Positions 9,738 through 19,132 of a stretch of DNA of 64,000 bases are shown piece after piece. The notes under the pieces are model-generated. The model was given only the letters and a program-made list of their open reading frames with translations, ran no database searches and had not been told where the DNA came from. The position numbers and the translations under genes were made by a program. Positions within the stretch are counted from its first letter, which is position 1; every line of letters starts with the position of its first letter. Location of the stretch: the NCBI GenBank assembly GCA_022790755.1, contig JAAVXR010000017.1, forward strand, positions 7,984-71,983, written 5' to 3'. Source of the stretch: Hespellia sp. Its GTDB lineage: Bacteria > Bacillota > Clostridia > Lachnospirales > Lachnospiraceae.

Positions 9738-10817
9738 ATGAAACTGGTTGCAATGTATTTACCTCAATTTCATGAGATTCCTGAAAATAATGATGCCTGG
9801 GGAAATGGTTTCACAGAATGGGTCAATGTAAAAAAGGCAAGGCCATTGTTTTTGGGGCATCATCAGCCGCGTGTGCCTTTACATAACAATTATTACAATC
9901 TTTTAGAGTGCGGGGTGATGGAAAGCCAGGTGGCCTTGGCAAAGAAAGCCGGTATCTATGGATTTTGTTTTTATCATTATTGGTTCGGTGGACGGATGGT
10001 ACTGGAAAAACCCGTGGAGATGTTTTTGCATAATAAGAAAATGGATTTTCACTATTGCTTTTCCTGGGCGAATGAGCCATGGACAAAAACCTGGCATGGA
10101 GCCGGCGGGAATAAAGAGATACTGATACCGCAGACCTATGGTGGGGAGGAAGAGTGGAAAAAGCATTACGACTATTTTCGTCCCTATTTTACAGATGAAA
10201 GATATATCAAGATAGACAATCAACCAGTTTTGATGATTTATCGTCTGCGCAATGTTGCGCATTTTAATGACAGAATCCGGTATTGGAATGCGTGTGCAAA
10301 GAAGGACGGATTTTCTGGAATCTTTATTATATCCATGAACCGCAGTAAAGAGAATGTGGAAAAAAGTCGTTGGGTAAATGCGTCTGTAGATTTTGAACCG
10401 AATCGGACAAAGGCAGATCTGCTTGAGGCCGAAACATTTCTTCAGCCCAAAAAAGAAGGTGGTCTTATTTGGAATCGTTTGGCAATGAGACGTATTAGTT
10501 ATCGGAAACTATATAAGAAAATGCTGGGAAAAGTGCATGAGAAGAATCATTTTCGAATGGCATTTGCGGATTTTGATGATTCACCCAGGCGGAGTACACG
10601 GGCAGTAATTATGGGAGGAAGCACTCCAGAACGATTTGGGAAATATTTAAAGGAAACCTTGAGATTAAGTATGCAGGAGGGAAACGAGTATGTGTTTCTG
10701 AATGCATGGAATGAATGGGGAGAGGGAAATTATCTGGAACCGGACACGAGGCACGGATATGGATATTTGAAGCAGATCCAGTCTGTTTTGGAAGAGTTGC
10801 AGAAAGGAAATTCATGA
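9738..10817 (+). CDS. WbsX-family (GH99-like fold) glycosyltransferase/hydrolase
   Basis: AMYLPQFH, GFTEW, GFCFYHYWF, WANEPW, FLNAWNEWGEG. Confidence 0.9.
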   Translation: MKLVAMYLPQFHEIPENNDAWGNGFTEWVNVKKARPLFLGHHQPRVPLHNNYYNLLECGVMESQVALAKKAGIYGFCFYHYWFGGRMVLEKPVEMFLHNKKMDFHYCFSWANEPWTKTWHGAGGNKEILIPQTYGGEEEWKKHYDYFRPYFTDERYIKIDNQPVLMIYRLRNVAHFNDRIRYWNACAKKDGFSGIFIISMNRSKENVEKSRWVNASVDFEPNRTKADLLEAETFLQPKKEGGLIWNRLAMRRISYRKLYKKMLGKVHEKNHFRMAFADFDDSPRRSTRAVIMGGSTPERFGKYLKETLRLSMQEGNEYVFLNAWNEWGEGNYLEPDTRHGYGYLKQIQSVLEELQKGNS

Positions 10818-11998
10818 GTACGCAAAGGGAAACTTTGGTCAGCGTCATAGTACCGGTATACAATATAGCTCCGTATATCGAAGAATGCCTGGAAAGTATA
10901 TGCAGACAAACATATCACAATATCGAAATCATCGTGGTGGATGACGGCTCTGTGGACGGTTCTGGCAAGCTTTGTGAAGAACTGGCAGAGCGCGACGAAA
11001 GGATAAAGGTAATTCGGCAGAAAAATGCGGGTGTGGCTGCTGCCAGAGGCACGGGAATAGAACTGTCTCGGGGAGAATATATCATGTTTGTGGATGGAGA
11101 CGACTGGATTGAGGATGAGATGATAGAAGCTTTGGTTGAGGGGGTGAATGATGCTGATTTGATTACTTCGGGTGTTTTCTATCAAGAGACAGCTGACAAA
11201 ATGGAAAAACGATATGATGAGTTCCCAGAAGGAGTATATCGGGAAGAAACAGGCTTAGATTTGGTTTTTAAGACTATGATTTATGACGAATGCACGGAAT
11301 CCATACAGAGAATGAGCCCTTGGTGTGTCAACAAACTTTACTTAAACGAATTGGTAAAAGAGGTGTATCAGACGGTAGATTTGGATATAGCTTTTGCGGA
11401 AGATTCTGTATTTTTATATAAGTATTTATTAAGGTGCCGCTCGGTTGTTATAAAACATCAGTGTTACTATCACTATCGTTATCGGGAAAGTTCCGTTATG
11501 CATACCGTAAGAAATAACATGTTAATGGATATCAACAAAGTATATCTTGCTCTGGAAGCAGATTTTAGGAGCCATGAACTCAAGGAGAGTTTATTGTTTC
11601 AACTGCAAAAGTGGATTATGGTTATGTGCTTTCGAGCATTGAATTCACATATGGGATTCGAAAAACAAACGCGTATTCCGGAGTACATCGTGAATATTTC
11701 TGATGGAAAAAATAAAAGATTGATTTTATATGGAGCCGGAAAAGTGGGACAGGATGCCTATAGTCAATTAAGATACTTTGGATATCAGCCAGCTTTATGG
11801 GTAGACAAAAAGTTTCAGACATATCAAAAAGAGGGATTACCTGTCGTATCGCCAAATGAAATATTACATAGGGAGTATGATGCGATTTTGATTGCGGTAA
11901 ATGAACAAGATTTGGCAGAAAAAATAAAGAGCGAATTATCGGAGAGCGGAATCCCGGCAGACAAACAGATTTGGAAAAAACCGATGCGAATTTGGTAG
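10814..11998 (+). CDS. Glycosyltransferase family 2 with C-terminal Rossmann-like domain
   Basis: VSVIVPVYN, DDGSVD, FVDGDDW; C-terminal LILYGAGKVG; start ATG 10814 overlaps the WbsX stop. Confidence 0.9.
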   Translation: MSTQRETLVSVIVPVYNIAPYIEECLESICRQTYHNIEIIVVDDGSVDGSGKLCEELAERDERIKVIRQKNAGVAAARGTGIELSRGEYIMFVDGDDWIEDEMIEALVEGVNDADLITSGVFYQETADKMEKRYDEFPEGVYREETGLDLVFKTMIYDECTESIQRMSPWCVNKLYLNELVKEVYQTVDLDIAFAEDSVFLYKYLLRCRSVVIKHQCYYHYRYRESSVMHTVRNNMLMDINKVYLALEADFRSHELKESLLFQLQKWIMVMCFRALNSHMGFEKQTRIPEYIVNISDGKNKRLILYGAGKVGQDAYSQLRYFGYQPALWVDKKFQTYQKEGLPVVSPNEILHREYDAILIAVNEQDLAEKIKSELSESGIPADKQIWKKPMRIW

Positions 11999-12011
11999 AT
12001 GAGGATCGGAT

Positions 12012-13583
12012 ATGATGGGAAAGAAGATTTATTCAGAAAAACAACTGGTTCATCTGATTCGGGAATATCAAACTGTAATTATCTACGGCGCAGGTATGGT
12101 CGGAGAGCTGGTAGGAAATCGTCTGTTGGCATGCGGTTTGAGAGAAAAGATAGTTGGCTTTGCGGTCAGTAAAAAAGGAAACTCTACTTTGAAGGAAGCT
12201 TTGGGTGGGTTCTCTATATACGAAATTGTTGAATTAAAGGAGTACAAAAGGGATGCCTTGGTCGTAGTGGCTACTTTGCCCAATTTGCACCAGGAAATCG
12301 AAAAAACTTTATCGGAATTTCCATTTGAAAAAACAGTCTATATGACAACTCGTCTATATAAGGATTTATGTGATTTATATATGCTTGACTATAATAGACA
12401 ACATCCGATTACATTTCTTCCAGATCGTAAGAGCAGAATTTTGTTGATGGCATCTGATAATAACAGAACTTCAGGGGCCTTTTTGTGTCTGGTTGAACTG
12501 TGTGATCAGTTGCAGAAAAATGGTATAGCAGTTGCTGCCGTTTTACCACAATATGGAACCGGAGCCGTATTATTGTCTCAAAAAGGAGTGCCCTATACCT
12601 ATATTCCGTCACAAGACTGGGGATATGAGATTGCAAAAAGTTGGAATCTGTTTGAGAGAATACGATTTTTAGTCGGCATGTTAGGAAATTGCCGTGCAGA
12701 GCAGGAATTGGTTCAATTTATCAGACAGAATTCGGTTGATTTGGTACATTGTAATACCACTTATACATATATAGGAGCGCTGGCAGCAAAGCGATGTGAG
12801 ATTCCTTTTATATGGCATTTGCGGGAAAATATGGAGCATCAGGGATTTCGAATTTTTCCGTGGCCATGGGCCCGGAGAGTCATGCGAAAGGCGGATAAAA
12901 TCCTTGCTGTTTCAGAGTATATCAGGGACCTTATGAATTTTGGAGAAGAAAATATTACCAAGGTTGTGTATGATGCGGTAGATATGAAGGAGAATACCCG
13001 GTTCTCCAGAGAAATATTACAGCATAGGCCCGTACAAATGATTATGGTAGGGGTAATAATGCCATATAAGCGGCAGACAGAACTGATTCGGGCGTGCGCG
13101 ATTTTAAAAGAAAGAGACCTATTTGATTTTCGGTTAACCATCGTTGGAAATGGTACAAAGGATTATATTGGGAAATTACAACAAATGGTTTTAGAGTATG
13201 GATTAAAAGATGAGATCTCCTTTTATGGAGTCAGCGATTCAGTTGCCGAGCTTTATGGACAATCGGATTTGGCATTTATGTGCAGCATTGCGGAGCCGTA
13301 TGGCCGGGTGACGATTGAAGCCCAGATTTCCGGCTGTCTTGTGATTGGCGCTGATTCCGGCGCCACACCGGAATTGATTACAGACGGTGAGACAGGGTAT
13401 CTTTATCAGTCAGGGAATGTGGAGTCATTGGCGGAAAAGATCATAGAAGCGGTCAATCATCCGGAGAAATCCAGAAGAGTCGCCCGAAACGGTCAGGAAT
13501 ATGCAAAAAGAACTTATACAAAGGAAAAAAGTTTGCAGCAGATCATAGAGACTTACGAAGAAGTTTTGGAAAAGTATCGGTAG
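12012..13583 (+). CDS. Glycosyltransferase family 4 with N-terminal Rossmann-like domain
   Basis: HCNT, WHLRE, EPYGRVTIEA (Ex7E), GATPELI; N-terminal IIYGAGMVG. Confidence 0.9.
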   Translation: MMGKKIYSEKQLVHLIREYQTVIIYGAGMVGELVGNRLLACGLREKIVGFAVSKKGNSTLKEALGGFSIYEIVELKEYKRDALVVVATLPNLHQEIEKTLSEFPFEKTVYMTTRLYKDLCDLYMLDYNRQHPITFLPDRKSRILLMASDNNRTSGAFLCLVELCDQLQKNGIAVAAVLPQYGTGAVLLSQKGVPYTYIPSQDWGYEIAKSWNLFERIRFLVGMLGNCRAEQELVQFIRQNSVDLVHCNTTYTYIGALAAKRCEIPFIWHLRENMEHQGFRIFPWPWARRVMRKADKILAVSEYIRDLMNFGEENITKVVYDAVDMKENTRFSREILQHRPVQMIMVGVIMPYKRQTELIRACAILKERDLFDFRLTIVGNGTKDYIGKLQQMVLEYGLKDEISFYGVSDSVAELYGQSDLAFMCSIAEPYGRVTIEAQISGCLVIGADSGATPELITDGETGYLYQSGNVESLAEKIIEAVNHPEKSRRVARNGQEYAKRTYTKEKSLQQIIETYEEVLEKYR

Positions 13584-13586
13584 GAG

Positions 13587-14741
13587 GTGGAAGCATTGTG
13601 TTATGCCAGAGAGATCGTAGAAGAATTGAATCAGAATCACCAGATTGCCGTTTTTGGTGCAGGCGTGGTCGCCTTGGGAGTTGTGGCAGGCTTGCGTGAA
13701 AAGCCATATCAACTGAATATCGAGTGTTGTCTGGTATCTGATTTGAGAGAAAATCCGGATTCTATAGCAGGAGTTCCGGTGATGAATCTTTCAGAGGCAA
13801 AGCAGCGTTTGAGCAGAGACGCTGTTATTATTGTAACGGTAGTGAGAGAAAAATTTGAGTCGGTACGAAAGCTCTTGAATCAAAGTGGCTATTTTCATAT
13901 CATCCAGATTACTTATGAGGGAGATTTGTGGAGCTTGCTAAGAGGAAATATATATCGAGAGAGCTGTCTGCAGCAGAAAAAGCCATATTTAATGATCGAA
14001 GAAGAATTACAGGTCGCTCCGATATTCAAGGGAGAGAGTGAAGAAACGAGTGAAAAGACAATGGCTGTTTATACGGCAAAATGTCATGTGGATAGAAACC
14101 TGAAAGAGGATATTTCACGATTTTCCTGGGAAATTCCGATTCAAGTAGGGGCAGCATTGACAGATCGGAATATCTGTGAAATTCGGGATAATACCGGCGA
14201 TCATATTTCCGAAAAAAACAGACAATATTGCGAATTGACAGCATTGTATTGGATTTGGAAAAATGACGATTCGGATTATGTGGGACTGGGACACTATAGA
14301 AGGCATTTCGAATTGACAGAAGAGCAGTTAAGGCAGTTGGCTGTTTCAGATATTGATGTAGTGTTGACCATACCGATTTTTGACTATCCGGATGTTGAGG
14401 CGGTCTATCGCCGAGATCATGTAGGGCGAGACTGGGATGTGATGATAGAAGCCGTGAAAAAACTGTCTCCGGAGTATCTGGAAACGTTGGAAGAAATGCA
14501 GCGAGGTCAGTTTTATTATGCGTACAATATGTTCATTATGCGCAGGGAAGTTCTGGAGAACTATTGTGCCTGGTTGTTTCCAATCTTGTTTGATTGTGAG
14601 AAACACTGTGGGGGAGAACGCAGTGCCTATCAAAACCGATATATTGGATTTTTGGCAGAACATTTGATGTCGCTTTACTTTATGCATCATGAGAAGGAAT
14701 ACAAGATTGTTCATGCAAGAAAGCACTTTATAGAAGAATAA
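13587..14741 (+). CDS. DUF4422 glycosyltransferase (galactofuranosyltransferase-like) with N-terminal Rossmann-like domain
   Basis: PIQVGAA, DNTGDHISEKN, YCELTALYWIWKN, GHYRRHF, RYIGFLAE. Confidence 0.85.
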   Translation: MEALCYAREIVEELNQNHQIAVFGAGVVALGVVAGLREKPYQLNIECCLVSDLRENPDSIAGVPVMNLSEAKQRLSRDAVIIVTVVREKFESVRKLLNQSGYFHIIQITYEGDLWSLLRGNIYRESCLQQKKPYLMIEEELQVAPIFKGESEETSEKTMAVYTAKCHVDRNLKEDISRFSWEIPIQVGAALTDRNICEIRDNTGDHISEKNRQYCELTALYWIWKNDDSDYVGLGHYRRHFELTEEQLRQLAVSDIDVVLTIPIFDYPDVEAVYRRDHVGRDWDVMIEAVKKLSPEYLETLEEMQRGQFYYAYNMFIMRREVLENYCAWLFPILFDCEKHCGGERSAYQNRYIGFLAEHLMSLYFMHHEKEYKIVHARKHFIEE

Positions 14742-14763
14742 CAGAAAAGGAACTAGGGTAATT

Positions 14764-15894
14764 ATGAATGATGTAAAAGATGTGATAGAACAACTGAAAT
14801 CAGCGAATCAGTTGGCTCTCTATGGTGCCGGTCTGGGGGCCCTTGAAGTGGCAAACTGTTTGACGGACAAGCCATATCAGATAAAAATTGACTATTGCAT
14901 TGTGTCAGAATTAGGGACAAGCCCGGATTATGTGATGGGGATTCCAGTGATTGATTTGGAATTTGCAAAGAGTCATTTAGCCTCAGACGCCTTAATTGTC
15001 ATTGCTACTGGAGAAAAATATCGGGATTCTATTCAGAGTAATTTGCAGTTGGCAGGTTTTTCCCATGTAATTTCTCTTACCTTTGAGAGTGACTTGTGGA
15101 GTGATGTCAGGGAAGGTTACTACCGGGCATATCGGACGATGCACGGGAAATCTTATCTGGCCTTGGAAGAAGAGTTGGAAAAATACTCTGAAAAAGATCG
15201 CATAGGATTGTCTTCGGTTCATATCTATACAGTCAAGAGTCATGTGGACAAACCTCTGAAGGAAGATGTTTCACGTTATTTTTGGGAGATTCCCATTCAG
15301 GCAGGGGCGGCATTGACCAAAGAACGTATCTGCGAAGTCAGGGATGATATGGGAGATCATATCTCCCATAGAAATAGACGGTATTGTGAACTGACAGCCT
15401 TATATTGGATATGGAAAAATGATGCAGCGGATTATGCCGGATTGTGCCATTATAGGCGGCATTTTGAATTGAATGAGGAGATGCTTCGAAAACTTTTGGT
15501 TTCTGACATTGATGTGGTGTTGACCATTCCTATTTTGAATGTTCCGGGCGTGCGGGAAGTTTATCGGCATGACCACGTAGAGAGGGATTGGGATGTGATG
15601 TTGGGGGCGATTCGCCGCTTGTCCCCGGAATATTTACCTGCGGCGATCGAATTGCAAAACGGAATCTTTTACTATGGCTATAATATGTTTCTCGCACGTA
15701 AGGAGATCTTAGATGATTATTGCGCCTGGTTGTTTCCCATTTTGACTTATTGTGAGGCGCACTGTGAGGAGAAGACGGATAGCTATCAAAAACGTTATAT
15801 TGGATTTCTGGCAGAGCGATTGTTGTCGATTTATTTTTTGCATCATGAGGCTGACTATAAGATTGTTCATGCCAGAAAGCATTTTATTAGCTGA
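14764..15894 (+). CDS. DUF4422 glycosyltransferase paralog with N-terminal Rossmann-like domain
   Basis: Same motifs as the upstream gene (YCELTALYWIWKND, CHYRRHF, RYIGFLAER). Confidence 0.85.
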   Translation: MNDVKDVIEQLKSANQLALYGAGLGALEVANCLTDKPYQIKIDYCIVSELGTSPDYVMGIPVIDLEFAKSHLASDALIVIATGEKYRDSIQSNLQLAGFSHVISLTFESDLWSDVREGYYRAYRTMHGKSYLALEEELEKYSEKDRIGLSSVHIYTVKSHVDKPLKEDVSRYFWEIPIQAGAALTKERICEVRDDMGDHISHRNRRYCELTALYWIWKNDAADYAGLCHYRRHFELNEEMLRKLLVSDIDVVLTIPILNVPGVREVYRHDHVERDWDVMLGAIRRLSPEYLPAAIELQNGIFYYGYNMFLARKEILDDYCAWLFPILTYCEAHCEEKTDSYQKRYIGFLAERLLSIYFLHHEADYKIVHARKHFIS

Positions 15895-16004
15895 TGACTG
15901 GCAAACCGGTAGACGAAACTTATTATGCCATCCTGTTCAGTAGACAGTTTTTCAGTAGCATTTTAGAACAATAGGAGAGAAAGTGGGCCTTACCGAAAGC
16001 AACA

Positions 16005-16033
16005 TTGCAACGTTATATGGATTGTGATACTAT
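16005..16033 (+). promoter_or_regulatory. Putative sigma-A promoter for the DUF4867-GH5 pair
   Basis: TTGCAA-N17-TACTAT with TG just upstream of the -10. Confidence 0.5.
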
Positions 16034-16099
16034 AAGTCAAAGAATATGAAAGCTCTTTGATTGAAACAGAAAGTTGTAAAAGAGAAAAGGAGGCCTATC

Positions 16100-16717
16100 A
16101 TGAAAATTCAAAAAGTAACAGATGCAGCGTTCGCACCGTATGGAAAGATTCTGGAAGGATATCACTTCGAAGAACTGTTGGAGAAGATGGTGGATACACC
16201 GCTTCCCATGGATGATGTGGTATATGTGCCGTCTGAGACCACTCTGGAGCAGACGAAGGCCGGAAAAGAGTTGGAAGTTCAAGGCTATGGTGGTTTGCCA
16301 ATTCAGGTGGGTTATTGTAACGGCAACAATCATCAATTAAATGCAGTGGAATATCATCGTTCTTCGGAATTGGATATTGCAGTGAATGATTTGATTTTGC
16401 TTTTGGGGAAACAACAGGATATCGAGAATGGTGATACTTATGATACGGCTAATATCGAAGCATTTCTGTTGCCTGCGGGCGTAGGGGTAGAGCTGTATGC
16501 AACCACGCTTCATTATGCGCCATGTTCCGCGGGGAAGGAAGGGTTCCGCTGCGTCATCGTATTGCCCAAAGACACGAATACGGATCTTACGTTTGCTCTG
16601 GGGACAGAAGGAGAAGATAAGCTGATTACGGCGAAAAACAAATGGCTGATCGCACATCCAGAAGCCGGAATTGAAGGTGCATACTGCGGATTGAAAGGTG
16701 AAAACATTACGATATGA
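16100..16717 (+). CDS. DUF4867 family protein (cupin-like)
   Basis: GYCNG, LNAVEYHRSSE, LYATTLHYAPC, AKNKWLIAH; RBS AGGAGG. Confidence 0.75.
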   Translation: MKIQKVTDAAFAPYGKILEGYHFEELLEKMVDTPLPMDDVVYVPSETTLEQTKAGKELEVQGYGGLPIQVGYCNGNNHQLNAVEYHRSSELDIAVNDLILLLGKQQDIENGDTYDTANIEAFLLPAGVGVELYATTLHYAPCSAGKEGFRCVIVLPKDTNTDLTFALGTEGEDKLITAKNKWLIAHPEAGIEGAYCGLKGENITI

Positions 16718-17814
16718 AAAAAAGAATGTACGTAGTGTGTAGTGTACTTATGCTTCTGTTGGTGAGTGCTTGTATTCAGGGCTGCGCTGGTCGGGGTACA
16801 GAGGAAACGCCACAGCAACAAGAACAGAAGTCTTCTGAAGCAGATGCAGATGTGGAAATAGAAAATTCTCAAATAAAACCAACGGAGGGGAAGACTGCGC
16901 CGTCGATAACAGGCGCCCTTCACGTGGAGGGAACACAGCTTTGCGGCAGCGACGGGTCGCCTGTGCAACTGAGAGGAATCAGTACGCATGGGATCGCCTG
17001 GTTTCCAGAGTATATCAATGCAGAGTGTTTTCGAGAATTACATGAGCAGTGGAATGCCAATGTTGTCCGTCTCGCTATGTATACAGCGGAGTCAGGTGGA
17101 TACTGTACCGATGGAAATAAAGAAGAATTGAAGGAGCGAATTCGATCCGGTGTAAAATATGCGCAAGAACAGGATATGTACGTGATTATTGACTGGCATA
17201 TATTATCGGATGCAGATCCAAACGAATACCTGGCAGAGGCAAAATCATTTTTTGCGGAGATTTCCGGGGAATATGCCAAGTCCGATCATGTGTTGTATGA
17301 AATCTGTAATGAACCGAATGGAAATACAAGCTGGCAGGATATCAAGTCCTATGCGCAGGAAATCATTTCCGTCATCCGTTCCAACGATCCGGATGGAGTG
17401 GTTCTTGTGGGTACGCCCAATTGGTCGCAGTTTGTGGATGAGGCGGCTGCCGATCCTATTACGGGATACGATAACTTGATGTATACGCTGCACTTTTACG
17501 CTGCGACACATACGGATGATCTGCGTGGAAGACTGGCAGCGGCGATAGAGAATGGATTACCCGTTTTTGTGTCCGAATATGGGATCTGTGATGCCAGCGG
17601 CAGCGGTGCTATTGATGTGGCACAGGCAGAACAGTGGATTTCATTGTTGGATCAATATCAGATCAGTTATGTGGTGTGGAATCTTTCCAATAAGGAGGAG
17701 ACTTCGGCGTTGCTGAAAAGTTCCTGCGATAAGGTAAACGGATTTGAGGAGACCGATCTGAGTGATTCCGGAAAATGGGTATATAATATGCTACAGGAGA
17801 ATGCTGTATTATAA
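16714..17814 (+). CDS. Glycoside hydrolase family 5 endoglucanase-like lipoprotein
   Basis: Signal peptide with lipobox-like IQGC; LRGISTH, IIDWH, YEICNEP (acid/base), LHFY, FVSEYG (nucleophile). Confidence 0.9.
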   Translation: MKKRMYVVCSVLMLLLVSACIQGCAGRGTEETPQQQEQKSSEADADVEIENSQIKPTEGKTAPSITGALHVEGTQLCGSDGSPVQLRGISTHGIAWFPEYINAECFRELHEQWNANVVRLAMYTAESGGYCTDGNKEELKERIRSGVKYAQEQDMYVIIDWHILSDADPNEYLAEAKSFFAEISGEYAKSDHVLYEICNEPNGNTSWQDIKSYAQEIISVIRSNDPDGVVLVGTPNWSQFVDEAAADPITGYDNLMYTLHFYAATHTDDLRGRLAAAIENGLPVFVSEYGICDASGSGAIDVAQAEQWISLLDQYQISYVVWNLSNKEETSALLKSSCDKVNGFEETDLSDSGKWVYNMLQENAVL

Positions 17815-17839
17815 TAAGCGTTATGAAAGAAAGTGTCAC

Positions 17840-17873
17840 AGAAACCAGCGGTAAAAGACGCTGGTTTCTTTTT
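17840..17873 (+). terminator. Intrinsic terminator after GH5
   Basis: AGAAACCAGCG / CGCTGGTTTCT stem followed by a T-run. Confidence 0.85.
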
Positions 17874-17980
17874 GTACAAAATTTGAAAAATCAAAGAATA
17901 TAGGAGAAAAAATTGTATAATTTCACGAAAAATAAGGTGAAAGTTTGTAGAAAAGATAGAAATTGCCAGAACCAATTGGA

Positions 17981-18016
17981 AATAAGTTGACTTATTAATA
18001 AATAAAGTTTATAAAT
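17981..18016 (+). promoter_or_regulatory. Sigma-A promoter with overlapping inverted repeats (candidate ROK operator)
   Basis: TTGACT(17987)-N17-TATAAA(18010); perfect IR AATAAGT-tg-ACTTATT; imperfect IR ACTTATTAA-N9-TTTATAAAT. Confidence 0.6.
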
Positions 18017-18041
18017 TAAATATACGAGGGGAGAGAAGGCA

Positions 18042-19115
18042 TTGATAGAAGCAGGAAAGCCCAGGTTACTAAAAGAACGAAATCAGAATATGATTGAGGC
18101 GTTGGTCTTACAGGAAGGGCCGATTACGAAACCGGAACTGGCAGATATGACGATGCTGAGTGTTCCAACGGTCAATAAAATTGTTGCTCAACTCCAGGAG
18201 GCGGGAAGGATAAAACCGGTAGAGATCAGTAATGAGTCGAAGCTTGGACGAAAAGCAATTCACTATGAAGGTAATGAAAGTGCAGTGAATGTGATCACCG
18301 TCTTTTATCTAAATGGAAAATGGATTGCGGATGTTTTTAATTATAAGGGATGTTCTATCTACCGGAAAATAGCGGATGTAAATGTATCTTCCTTAGAGAA
18401 AACGTTACAGGGGTTCTATGAGTTGCTGGATATTCTGGCAGAGCAGGCCGTAAATCTGCAGGCGATTGGTGTTGGAATTCCAGGAGTTGTCGCCACAAAT
18501 GGTGAGATTATGTCCTGCGCGTCGATTCCGGTCTGGTCAGGATTGAATTTGAAAGAAGAGATGGAAAAAAAGTATCAATGTCCAATCTTCGTGGAAAATG
18601 ATGTGAATTTGATGGCTCTTGGATACAGTAAAATTTTGCCGAAAAAACCGGCAGATCTTGTTTTTCTCTTTTTGGGGCAGGGGGTCGGTGCCGGTATTAT
18701 TATCAATCATAGGTTACATAAAGGATTCAGTAATTTTGCAGGCGATTTTTCTTATTTGGAGGCATCCTCGGAGGAGGACTTTCAGTTTCGAAAAATCGAA
18801 AGAGATCTGAACCATATACAGGGCCGAATTGAGAGAGAACCGGACAATAAAAAGCTGAGAACGCAATACTATCAAATCATCAGTAAAATTTTGATCAGTT
18901 GTATCACGAGTCTGAATCCGGAGGAGATTGTGATTCACGGATTGGCGCTGGAGAAAGAGGAAGCGCAGGAATATCTGCGGTGTAAGATGGAGGCATGTAT
19001 TCCCAAAAGATGTAATCCGAAGATTTTGATTGATCCGTATGACGAATACGGGGTATACGGATTATCCTATCAATGTCTGTCGGAAGTGACACCGAAATAC
19101 TATTTGGAAGAGTAA
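18042..19115 (+). CDS. ROK family transcriptional repressor
   Basis: N-terminal wHTH (ITKPELADMTMLSVPTVNKIV); IGVGIPG, VENDVN, GVGAGII. Confidence 0.9.
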   Translation: MIEAGKPRLLKERNQNMIEALVLQEGPITKPELADMTMLSVPTVNKIVAQLQEAGRIKPVEISNESKLGRKAIHYEGNESAVNVITVFYLNGKWIADVFNYKGCSIYRKIADVNVSSLEKTLQGFYELLDILAEQAVNLQAIGVGIPGVVATNGEIMSCASIPVWSGLNLKEEMEKKYQCPIFVENDVNLMALGYSKILPKKPADLVFLFLGQGVGAGIIINHRLHKGFSNFAGDFSYLEASSEEDFQFRKIERDLNHIQGRIEREPDNKKLRTQYYQIISKILISCITSLNPEEIVIHGLALEKEEAQEYLRCKMEACIPKRCNPKILIDPYDEYGVYGLSYQCLSEVTPKYYLEE

Positions 19116-19132
19116 GAGGAAAGCGGGAGATT

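Noticed and set aside
15891-15919. CTGATGA...GAAAC resembling a hammerhead core, and GGCAAACC...GAAA resembling a c-di-GMP-I riboswitch
   Set aside because: Stem II lacks a closing pair and no stem I forms. The GACGCAAAGC-type continuation and second stem of the riboswitch are absent.
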